Positions 40,863-59,385 of a stretch of DNA of 64,000 nucleotides are shown piece by piece. Origin of the DNA: the human T2T-CHM13v2.0 reference genome, Homo sapiens. Every line of letters begins with the position of its first letter. Within the stretch, counting starts at the first letter, position 1. The notes beneath the pieces are model-generated. The model searched no databases, was not told the DNA's origin, and saw nothing but the letters and a program-made list of their open reading frames with translations. The translations under genes and the position numbers were made by a program. The stretch is taken from assembly GCF_009914755.1 (NCBI RefSeq), contig NC_060928.1; one strand, 5' to 3'.

Positions 40863-41060
40863 CAGTTTTCTCACCTGCAGTCAGTTTTCATCCTCAGGGG
40901 ACATTTGGTAATGCATAGAAACATTTTTGGTTGTCACAATGCGGGGGTGCTATTGGTATCTAGTGTTTAGATATGTTTCCAAACGTCTCATAAAGCACAG
41001 GACAGCTCCACACAATGAAGAATAATCTGGCTTCGAATGATAATACTGTGATCAAAATCA
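40863..41060. mobile_element. MER20 hAT MITE
   Basis: caggggacatttggtaatg...acatttttggttgtcacaa...gtgctattggtatctagtg...gcacaggacagc. Confidence 0.8.
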
Positions 41061-41061
41061 A

Positions 41062-41235
41062 TGATTTCCAAAGAGTAGTCCCCAAACTAGCCACTTCAGT
41101 ACTGGAAACATGTTAGAAATGCAAATTCTTTGCCTCCATGTCCATCCAACAGCATCAGAAACTTGAGGTGGAGCCCCTGCAATCTGGGTATAACAAGTTC
41201 TCCAGGTAACTTTGATGTGCCTTAGTTTAAGATTC
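41062..41235. mobile_element. MER5A-like hAT MITE
   Basis: tgttagaaatgcaaattctt...atcagaaact...gcaatctg...taacaagttctccaggt. Confidence 0.7.
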
Positions 41236-41934
41236 TTTCCTTATTAATGTTTTCTGTTTTTCATCATCTATTTAGAAAGTGACTTACATGAGACCAATTT
41301 TCCAGTGCCTTGCTACCACTGCTATTTCACTCCCTAACTCTGAACTAACATCACTATTCTACCAAAAGTGCTCTTTTGAAGTCTGCTTATTAACTTGTAT
41401 AATTGTGTATAAGTTCCAATGTTTAATCCACATGTATCATTACATAAGCAGCATTTGGCAGTGATGAGCACATCTGATATTCCTTGATATCCTCTTCTCC
41501 CTTGGCTTTCTTGAGCCACATTCCCACATTTCCAACTGTTTACTGGAAAGGTGCAAGGAGATTCCATAAAGGAGCTCCAAACAGTATTAATTACAGCTTA
41601 TTATTAATCTACCCCTCTTTCTCCCCGAAGCCTGCTTGACCTTGCTAATTCCTTCCTTCTTTGAATAAAAGCACTAACATCAATTTCATTAACCTTTGAA
41701 ATTTGTCACTGGTTTTCTGTTTTTATTTTTCTTTTATTTTTATTTCTTCAAATCGTTGACAAATTCTAACTGTTCTGCCTCTGAAATAGTTTTCCCCCAG
41801 CCCACCAATCAAAAATGCAAAAATATGGGCGAACATTTTTTAAATTTTAAAGAGAATGTGTTTTCCCCGATGATTTAATTCATCAGGTGTTTTAAATGAT
41901 TGGTCAGTAGCACTGCTCTCCTGCATGTTTCTTA

Positions 41935-42495
41935 CAGTGCTGTTCACCATAGCCAAGATACAGAATCAACCTAAACTATCAACAGATGAATGGATAAGGA
42001 AAATGCTGTCCATACACACAATATAGTACTATTCAGCCATTAAAAAGAATGAAATGCTGTCATTCATGGCAACATGGATAAGCATCGTGGACTTACGTTA
42101 AAATAGGCACAGAAAGAAATATCACATGTTCTCACTAATGTGGAAACTAAAAAAATGAGCTCATGGAAGGAGAGAGTGGAATTGTTCATATTAGAAGCTG
42201 GGAAAGAGAAAAACATTGGTTAACAAATACAAAATTATAGCCAGACAGGAAGAATGGGTTCTAGTATCCTAGAGTACTGCAGGGTGAATATAGTTAATAA
42301 TTTATTGTATATGTTCAAAAAGCTAGAGGAGAGGACTTTGAATGTTCCCAACACAAAGACATAAGAAATGCCTGATGTGATGGATAGCCTAACTATCCTG
42401 ATTTGATCATTACACATTGTATACATGTATCGAAATATCACTCCCATACTCCATAATATGTATAATTATTATGTGTCACCTAAAATTAATAGGGG
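41935..42495 (+). mobile_element. L1MA-type 3' fragment
   Basis: atagccaagata...aatcaacctaa...acagatgaatggataaggaaaatg...tactattcagccattaaaaagaatgaaat, then an L1MA-like 3' UTR. Confidence 0.85.
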
Positions 42496-42559
42496 AAAAA
42501 TAGTACTGCTGCATCCCCTCTCATGAAGTAGTCTTCTTTTGCATCCAGAAGCCATAGAT

Positions 42560-42790
42560 CAAGCTTGTCAAACTGCCTGTGGCCCAGGATGGCTTTGAAT
42601 GCAGCCAACACTAATTCATAAACTTTCTTAAAACATTGAGTTTTTTGTGATTTTATTTTATTTTATTTTATTTTATTTTATTTTAGCTCATCAGCTATCA
42701 TTAGTGTTAGTGTGTTTTATGTGTGGCCTAAAACAGTTTCTTCCAATGTGGCCCAAAGAAGCCAAATGTCTATGGCCTTGGACACCCCTG
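42560..42790 (-). mobile_element. MER30 hAT-Charlie MITE with internal (tttta)n
   Basis: Termini caagcttgtc / ggacacccctg; perfect 8-bp TSD ccatagat at 42552-42559 and 42791-42798. Confidence 0.9.
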
Positions 42791-43307
42791 CCATAGATGT
42801 AGAGCAGAAGTTTTATATGTATTTTCATATGTATTTTTGTAAGCTCCTTCAAATCTATTATTAAATAATATAATTTTTAAAGAAAAAATTTGGTTATTGC
42901 AGGGTTGAACTCACTGTCAAATTATCTGAAAAGCAGACAAGTAGCAGAGAGCAGAAAGCTTAACATATTTAGCAATAAATTTAAAAATATCCATTTTTCT
43001 TTTTTAAAGAAAGCAAATGCACAGCCATAAGCTGCCCTTTCCAGCCTTATCAGTCAGAGTGTAGTCAGTGGACCAGTAGTGCAAGCACCACCTGGGAATC
43101 ATGGGCCCACCTTAGGCCTAATGAAGTAAAATCCACTTATAACAAGATTCTTAAGTGAGTTGTAGGCCCATTAAGTTTTGCAAAGTACCACTTTAGAGTA
43201 CTGTGTAACACTTTTCTATTAACCTTAGCTTTCTCCCACATAGGAACACCCATGAAACAAATTTGCCCAACTAAGGTAGATGGGCAGATGGTAAACCATG
43301 CTTTAGA

Positions 43308-43495
43308 GTGGTGGGTTCTCAAAGTCTGATGCTGGAATCAGCAGCTTCAACATCACTAGGGGACTTGTTAGAAATGCAGATTCTCAGGCCCATCTTAGAC
43401 CTACAGAATCAAACTCTGCAGGTGAGGCCCAGCAGTCAGGGGTTTTCACCATACTTCAGTAAATCTGATGCATACTGAAGCCTAAGAACCACTGC
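43308..43495. mobile_element. MER5A hAT MITE (a second partial copy lies at ~43050-43200)
   Basis: ggttctcaaagt...acttgttagaaatgcagattctcaggccc...aagaaccactg. Confidence 0.85.
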
Positions 43496-45569
43496 CTTGG
43501 AGACGGCAGTGCTGGATCATAGACAGGTACGGAAGTTCCCTGCCTCCTGCCTCCGTATGGTTTATTGAGTACCTACCAACACCAGCACTGCTGGAGCCAC
43601 CATCAGCACCTGCAGGTATGAGGTTCAACATGGTTGCAGGGCTAATGTATAATTAGGAGAACTTGAGTCAACGTTATTTCATTGGTACTCTGAATAACGT
43701 TTTTTATACGCAGGGAAAATGTATAGCTTTCAAAGTGCTTTCCACAATATTTCATTTAACCCTCACTGCTATCCAAGGGTGCAGATATAATTACCTCCCA
43801 CAACAGATGAGAAAACTGAGTTTGAGAAGGATTAAGTGACTTGTGAAAGCCCGTAGTGTTATTAAGGGCCAGGGCTAGTTTTGGAACCCACAAAGCACAA
43901 TTGCTAAGAGATCTTCTCTCAGCAGTTTGAAAGTTAGAGAAGTTTCAAATGTAGCTGAAAACTCCAAAATGTTTTCTACCTTGTGGAAAATACATTTCAG
44001 ACATTCAGATTAATGAAGAAAAACCCATGAAAAAATTCACAACTTCCTCTTTAAAGGTTCAACAGTAACAACAAAAATAATATGTGTACATATAGAGAGA
44101 AAGAGATAAAGCAAATGAGGCAAAATGTTAACATCTGGTGAATCTAGGTAAAAGATTTATGAGTTTTCATTGCACAATATCTGCAACTTTTCTTTGAAAA
44201 GTAAAATCCACAAAGCTTTCAATATTTATCTGTGTGCCCAAGTAGATTAGACTCTATACTTCTTCCTTATCATTGTGTATGTCTTCAGGCCTTCTGTGAA
44301 ATAGCTTCTAAGTACGAAAGAACTTATCTACGCTGCACTGAGAGAAAGCAGGGAACAGACAAATGAGTAACAAGCAAGGTGCAATTACAACTTCTTTCTT
44401 TTTGCAGTGAAGCTTACCATTGATGCTAATATTCTTCACCGGGGTAAATAGTTCACTGTCAAAAGGGCAATTTTTTGTTGCTATTTTTATTAATAGGATT
44501 GTGTTCTGTTTAACCCCAGGCATAAGCCCAATCTCACAGAGAAGTTCTAGGGATTTTTTGAGAATCTGGCTTTTAATGTGTTGCTTTGACCCTTGCGCTG
44601 TAATTCTCACTGTCGCCAGTAACCACACTGGGCTGCATCTCAGCACATTTCATAAACTGTTCTTCTACTTGTACATCACTTTCCTCAGGTTTCACAGCTC
44701 ATGTTTCTTAAAGGCTTTTCGATTAAATACCAGATTGGGAAGAAATAACTAGAAAGACCATTATTGAAACAACTAGGGAAATTCAATTTAGATAATAGCA
44801 TTTCTGTCAAAAATGAATGATTATGAACCCAGTTAAAAGTGGGTTAGGGGCATGATGAGTGATTACTTGCCCCCAACCCACTTGTAAGAAGTGATCCTGC
44901 CACACTGTGCTTGAGTCCTCCTGACTTTTTCTATTCCTATGTGAACAGCAAAGAAATTGTGATAAGAGTTACCAAATGTAGATGGTTTTACAGTTGACAA
45001 ATACTAAGATAAATGAGAGATTAAATGGTATTTAATATCTCTAAATACCATTTAATATCTCATTTAACCTCATTTGATGAAAATGATTTCATTTGACTGT
45101 AGTGCTTTCATGTAGGTAGTAAGTCCCTGATTTTATAGAACATGGAATATGAGAGTCATTGAGTTAACCAAATTTCCAAAGGTCACTTGGGTAGTAGGTA
45201 CCAGTGCTGGGATTCAAACTAGGGTCTGATTTAAAAGTTCTTCTAATCTATGCAGAACAATAGTGGCAAGTCATAAGAACTCTGCAGGAGTGTGGGGTAA
45301 GGTCAGGAGCAGAAAAAGGGACCCAGGGAACTTAGTGAACATCTTTGCAAATGCACAAAAGTCATAAATACTTACTGTAGAATATTGAGAAAATTTTAAA
45401 AGATGGAAGAAAGGAAGGAGGAAGGGAAGACAGAAAACCCATTATATCTCAATCTGGAAATAGTCATTGCTGACACTTTTGTATATATACTCTCAGATTT
45501 TTTCCTTTATTTAAACCTATCCAAACCTACATGTAAAGGCTTGTAACTAACAAGGCTTCATGAATAGCT

Positions 45570-45803
45570 TGTGATAGTGAATACGTCTCATGAGATCTGA
45601 TGGTTTTATAAAGGGCAGTTCCCCTGCACACACCCTTTTGCCTGCCACCATGTAAGACATGCCTTTGCTCTTCCTTTGCCTTCCACCACGATTGTGAGGC
45701 CTCCCCAGCCATGTGGAACTGTGAGTCCATTAAACCTCTTTTTCTTTATAAATGACCCAGTCTCAGGTATGTCTTTATTAGTAGCGTGAGAGCAGACTAA
45801 TAC
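45570..45803 (+). mobile_element. THE1-type MaLR LTR, 3' two-thirds
   Basis: gtctcatgagatctgatggttttataaaggg...gaggcctccccagccatgtggaactgtgagtccattaaacctc...gactaataca. Confidence 0.9.
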
Positions 45804-46901
45804 AAACTTGCCCCTACTACTTCATTTTAATGGCTGCATAGTATTCTATTGAAAGGATTAACCATAAACATTAAACTGTTTCTCTGGGATTTTGGACTGC
45901 CTCTCTAGCCAGGCCTTTTAGGGATTCCAGAAGACTAATTATGCTGCAGGAAATGATTCACGATCTATTTGTAATAGCTGGCTCTTTCCTTTCCTCACTT
46001 GCTCCAGTGAACCATGGAAGCATTCCCTGGGGGCCTGGTGTTAGCTTCCCAGAAAAGCCAGACCTGAGTACTTGGTCAGCCTTTAGAAATAGAAATAGAG
46101 AAGAAACATTCCATTAGGAATCTTCCTAGATTCCAAAACATTTCATTTTAAAACAACAGAAGAAAAAGGGCAACAAAATTTCCTGCTTCCTCCCAGCTGT
46201 TCAGTGAGCCATTGGAAGGGGAAGAAGCAAAGCACAGTCATGGAAGTTCCTGAGTTTGCATCATAGTTGAGCTCGTTGTGCCATTCTTCTAAGTTTTTGG
46301 TAACTAAAGCATTATAACATTGAGGCTAAAGTTAAAGTTTAGATGCCTTTGTGGATAACTCAGCTTCATTCTGGAAGCCTACTATAGAAGGCAGAATACC
46401 TGTAAGCCAAATTGGAGATAGAAAATCTCCAATTTGGAGATTTTCTAAAGCTCTAAAAAAGAGAATTCTTTATTAAAATGTCACTAGATCCAGGAGCTTT
46501 TGCATAATATGTGAAAACAAAATAAGGAAAAACAAAAACAAAAACGCTTGCTTTAATCTGCTTGGAAATGTGTAGAGTTTTAGCCTTGACAGTGTTCAGC
46601 TAACAAAAGAGGGATTTTTCAACAGAGTTTCAAGTGGTTTGGAAGGGAGATTTGTACCCTTCCTGTGGGGTTCCTATAGTGAGCCTTCCTTGTGCATTCT
46701 CAGTCCATGACATATATCACCTCCTGGCTCTGGCTTTGTGTCCTTCAGCTCTCCTCAGCACACATGGCTGGCTGGTGTCAAAGTTTAGAGGCCTGTATGG
46801 AAAACTCAGCTTAGGGATCTAACTCTTCCATCAGTGAGGATTCTTTCCCGCTGATTCAGCTTTAAGTGCTTCTAGACAACACTTTAGCAGGCAGGCCTTC
46901 C

Positions 46902-47185
46902 TTTTTTTTTTTTTTTTGACAGGGTCTTCTGCTGTCACCCAAGCTGCAGTGAAGATTATGACTCACTGAAGCTTCACCATCCGGGGCTCAAGCAATCCTC
47001 CCGCCTCAGCCTCCCAACTATTTAGGACCATAGGTGCATGCCACCACATCCTAACTAATTTTTGTATTTTTTGTAGAGATGGGATTTTGCCATGTTGCCC
47101 AGGCTGGTCTCAAACTCCTGAGCTCCGCCCACCTTGGCCTCCCAAAGTGTTGGGATTATGGGTATGAACACCACACCACCCTGCC
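46902..47185 (-). mobile_element. Alu (AluJ-like)
   Basis: T tract, two degenerate arms, TSD-like gcaggccttcc / gcagtccttcc. Confidence 0.88.
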
Positions 47186-47459
47186 AAGCAGTCCTTCCTA
47201 ATCAGTTGGAGCTGGCATTAAACACTGAGACCCATTAGCCATTCTAGAGCTAAAGCTGGTACTTTGATATACAAAACAACACTCTACGTAGTTATATGGC
47301 TCTTTCAAAGGATCCCAACCTCTTGTGTCAACCTCAAGCACTCTTTTTGATTCAGAGTACTGATCCCGGTCATTTCACTCCATTCTCCCTCATATTATAT
47401 AGTTTGATTTTCCCCAAGCAGAGTAGATGCCTCTTTACAAATCGAAGGTCCTGGTTTTC

Positions 47460-52241
<4,782 letters not shown>

Positions 52242-52282
52242 GGTGCTGGTTTTCATTTGGAAATTGAATGTAGCCAAGTTCT

Positions 52283-54282
<2,000 letters not shown>

Positions 54283-54589
54283 CTATTTGTTCTCCCACAG
54301 AGGAGTGAGGGATTCAGGTCTCTTGGGCTTGTGTGTCTCTCTGTCATTGCCATGGGCTGCACTGTTCACAGCTGTTCTCAGTTGTATTGGATTGTTCCAA
54401 AGGACCTCCTGCTCTGGCAGCACACTAACCTGGAAAAGGCATGCTTGAGAAGCAGATACAAAATAGGGTAAAGAAATTTGCACCTTAAGCAGTTTTCTCT
54501 TCTCTGTTGAACTTCTTCACCCCCATCATTTTAGTTGCTGACAAATAATAAGAAAAAAACACAACCTTTGAAGTTCTGGAGTTTTTTAA

Positions 54590-55280
<691 letters not shown>

Positions 55281-55737
55281 CTGAGCCTCAGTTTTTAAGA
55301 AGTCTGTTCTTTATTTTAAGAAATGAGAAAGATGTAACTACTGTTTCTACATTTGCATTATGGCTAATTTTTAAAGGTATCTTTTTGGTCTAATAAGAAG
55401 TATGTGGGAAATGGACTTTTTCCAATATCACTTGATAGCTTGATGAGAACATATTGTAGAGACTCTATTGTTCTGTCCTTTAAGGAATAGAGAGTTCTGT
55501 ATCTCCAAGGTATGCTTTTCTCCAAGCCCATGAAGGCCTTCTAAATGCCCAACGTTGCTACAGTCTATGTGGTGAATAGGTACTTGTTTGAGTTTGACAT
55601 GGGCATTATTCTAACTGTAATTTTAGATATTTACACCATCATCTACTCATTTGATTCCTTCATGGATTTCCTTATAGATAGCCTCTGAGACCAGTGACTG
55701 AATACCCTATATTTGAAATCCACTATAGGAGATTGCT

Positions 55738-56140
55738 TACATTAGTTTTCTATTGCTACCTAACAATATTTCCACAAACAGCAGTTTAAAATAACACACA
55801 TTTATTATCTCATGGTTTCTGTGAGTTAAGAGTCTGGGTGGGCATGGTGTCAGTAGATTCTCTGCTTCAGCATCTTCCAAGGCTGTAATCAAGGTATCAG
55901 CCAGGGCTGTGGCCTCATCCAAGACTCAACTGTGGAAGGATCCACATGCAAGTTCAGGCAGTTGTTGGCATAATTCAATTCCTTGCATCTGACTCATTTT
56001 CTTGCTGGCCGGAGGCTGCCCTCAACTCCTTGAAGTCTCCCACAGTTCCTTGCCACATCGGATTCCCCAACAGGACCACTTGTTTCCTCAGTGCCAGTAA
56101 AGAAAAGACCCCAGCAAGATGGGTTCTAAAATCATACATG
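55738..56140 (-). mobile_element. MLT1 (MLT1D-like) MaLR LTR
   Basis: attagttttctattgct...taaaataacacacatttattatctcatggtttctg...aaggctgtaatcaaggtatcagccagggctg. Confidence 0.8.
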
Positions 56141-59100
56141 GCATATGCATATAGTCATGTACATGTCATACAATGGTCCATTTAAATACATCTGATTTGT
56201 ATATAAAAAAGTATCTTCTGTTCTGCCCTAAAATATTCTTAAATATGATCTGTGTTTGAAGTATCCGAATGGGAGTCAACAACTTAGAATCCTTCCTCTA
56301 ACTCCTCTAAAATCATGAGAAACTTTCTCTGTATATGACGCATTTTCACAGGGCTATGAGAATCCTGGGAGGAATACTTTGCAAGATACTGTTTCCACTT
56401 TGATGTGCTCGCTTTTACCCTATATCCAAAAGCAAATGTCCCTCTATTCATATTTTTATGATATCACTGAGGAACTGGCTGCCGTAAATTTTCTCCTTAA
56501 ATGAGTCACACTCCTATGCAAAGAATACCAAGTTATTTTTATTAAAATGTTAAGTCTCAAGGTATTTTTAAAAATAGCATTAATGGGGGGTTTGGTCAAG
56601 TGTGCACTGGTATTCTTAACAAGTCTGTATCTTGTCAAGTTGGTTCCAACTTGATTAATCCAAGAAGATTAGCCAGCTGTCCTAAACAAGTTCTTTTTTG
56701 CTCCAAAGTTTGTGTGGCCTTGTTAGGACACCCCTGGAAAGGCCTTTTAAGACTCACTGTTAAATACTGGCTTGATTCCCACCCTCCTGTTCTGCTATAG
56801 AAAACCTGTGATTTCCTCGGGCATGAAGGAAATCCTCCCATTAGAGGGAGTGGTTGGCAACTCCTGATATGAGGTCACTGGCTATTTTGTCCCAAGTGTA
56901 AGATTTCCCTTTGACCTGGCAATGCCACCTCTAAACTCCCAGCATTTTCAAAGGAGATGAAAAATGCCTTATTGAAAACTGGATTAATGTAGTTATTTGG
57001 TTAATTTAAAACCTGAACAAATCAAATAATGAAGATGCGATCTTAGTTTATATCCAATGAAACCCTTAACTGTTCCAATAAACAAGTATTAGTCATTTAA
57101 AAAAATTCTAGTCTCAACAAACCTCATAAAATGTATATTTCTGAGTGAGTAGTTGTGACTTAAGAATGCCAGCCATTCCCCTCTTTTACTCCTTCTATAA
57201 CCTAAGTGTGTTTTGGTCAGAGTGCATAATGTTTAGTCATTTAAAAAAATGTCAACAAGATAATGGATACTTCAGTCTCTAACTTACCTTTCAATATATT
57301 TCCTATTTCTAATGTTTCCTTCTAACCTTACACCCCTGTTCCCTGCCTATTTTCTCTTCCTTGCCATTCTCATTTGCCCCTAGTCTTCCCATTGGTTGCT
57401 TGTTCTTACAACTCTTACATGTGTATAGAGATGAGAGTTCAGAATGGGGAAGGGTGGTGAGTGCTGTTTCCCCTTTCCCTGGATTCCCACCAGCTCATGA
57501 TTTTCAGAACTTCTACCTTCCCTGAAGGATCAGGGAAGTTGCTGCATTCTCTCTCCTCTCTTGGGTGAGATGTCCAGGTATCAGGTCACACTCTTGGTCT
57601 ATGAGTCCCAACTGAGTGAGGCTAATTGAGCCTTCCTTCTGGCTCTCTCAGCCCTATGCAGTCTCATGGTTTCCTCCATCTTGTAAACCCTCAGAAAAGA
57701 CTTTGCCCCTGGAAGGGGGAGGGTGGTGAAGTTCTGTAATCATCCAGCTATTCTGGCTAAGAACGTCTCTTGGGTCAAGGGTGGGCTGGGAGCAAGCTTA
57801 TTGAACAGGATGCCCCAGGGCCAAAGGAAATGATATGATGCCTTTACCCATCTTGGGTAAAGGTCCAGGCCTTTGCAATCTTGCTTTAGCAGTGATACAA
57901 CTGGCATTTTGGTCTCTGACTGTGTCTTTTTCAGTTTATTCCTTATCCAGAGGAGAGATGGGTGCTATGAATTAATGTCCTTAAATGCTAATAACGAGCA
58001 TCGAGCTGGCTCTCCTCTCCCTTTTCCCTCACAGGGAAGCAAACCTGAGGGAAGCAAGTGGGGGTTTTGTGGGCAGCAGAGCTTGTGAGCAACTTCATGG
58101 GGCCTGATCAGGAAGGCAGACAAAGAGCCGGATGTCCTGTGAAATGAGGGCACTTGGGATGTGGGCCACCAGGCCAAGTTTAGTTCTTCCTGCTTTCAGC
58201 CAAGCACAGGAGCTAGGCCAAAGCTCTGGTGGAGACTCTGGGCAGGACGCCAGGCCTGTGAAACCTGCTAAAACAGGCCTGGTGAGTATCCAGGGCACAG
58301 CATGAGAGAATCAAAAGGTGGACATCCCCAGTGAGTCAGGCTGACAGAAAAGGACAGCTGGTCATGATCCCTGAGGGAGCCAGAGCTGACTCAGCTTCAG
58401 TGCTGTGGTCTCCAGTGTATTTGAGGTAGGAGCAAAACCGTGTCCCTAACTTGTCATATACTCGAAATTAAGAGTCATGACTTTGACCAACTCAGACTTC
58501 AGTAAGGTGACCACTTTCTATATTGGAACTCAAAGATTCCATTAAAAAGACGGAAAAGGAACCTAGATGTCCAGTGGCCTGATGTAGAGAACTGATTATC
58601 TACACAGAATCTAAAACATCCTGCTCCACCCAAAGTGCGCATCAAAAAGAACTCCCCTCCAACCTCCTGTTAGCATTTGCCTCGGTTTTAGCTCAGCAAA
58701 GGTAATATTCTTGTGCAAGCAGAGAAGGAAAGGTGAGTCTATATCCTTTTGGTGACATTTCCTTTTGGTGATGGGAGCAAGCTTATTGAACAGAATGCCC
58801 CACACCCAAAGGAAATGATATATGTGTCTCACGACTTCTGTGAGGCCACTATAAGCTCCCAGAGCATCAGTAGAATAACTGGGCCCTGTTGCCATGACAG
58901 TGTCATCTCGAGCAGCGGCCGCACTCCTGCAGAACCTACAGTTTGAACTCTGTCTCTGTGGTCCAGTCCGTTCTTCTGTAGAACTGTGTTTGCCTCGGGG
59001 TGTATCGGGTAGAGTGAGGGAGAAGCAGCTGCAGGGGCTGACACTGCCCCTACTGGCACTGACTCTGCCTGATGGTACCTCATCCCCATCCTTCTTCATG

Positions 59101-59189
59101 TCCTCCTGGCTCATGGGCCCAAGAGGCCTCTCGTTATCCACTTTATCACAGGCTTTTCCCCACAACCCATTAACGGTCAGCTCTGCCAA

Positions 59190-59385
59190 TTGCCAACTGT
59201 AACCTTGGGCAAATTAGTCAGCCTCTCTGACTCTGTTTCTTTTTCCTAAATAAGAAATGCAATACTTCCTCTCAGGGTTTATGTGCAGATCCATTTGAGG
59301 AGTGTAACATTTGTATAGCACTTAACATAGCACCTAGCCACAAGAGGCATTCAATAAATAGGAAGCCATTTTTCTTATTAGCAGT
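59190..59385 (+). mobile_element. MIR SINE (further MIR-like pieces at ~60230-60430, ~60885-61080 and ~61640-61755, minus strand)
   Basis: tgtaaccttgggcaaattagtcagcctctctgactctgtttc...gcacttaacatagcacctagc...ttcaataaat. Confidence 0.7.

Noticed and set aside
42769-42798. tctatggc inside the MER30 end, reverse-complementary to the flanking gccataga
   Set aside because: An 8-bp match is too short to distinguish a templated event from chance.
58907-58922. Adjacent XhoI and NotI sites suggesting vector polylinker contamination
   Set aside because: Only two sites and no vector sequence on either side; compatible with chance in a CpG-retaining patch.
58611-59189. 192-aa minus-strand ORF as a protein-coding gene
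   Set aside because: No recognisable domain or homology and no supporting exon structure; long ORFs are expected in GC-richer sequence.
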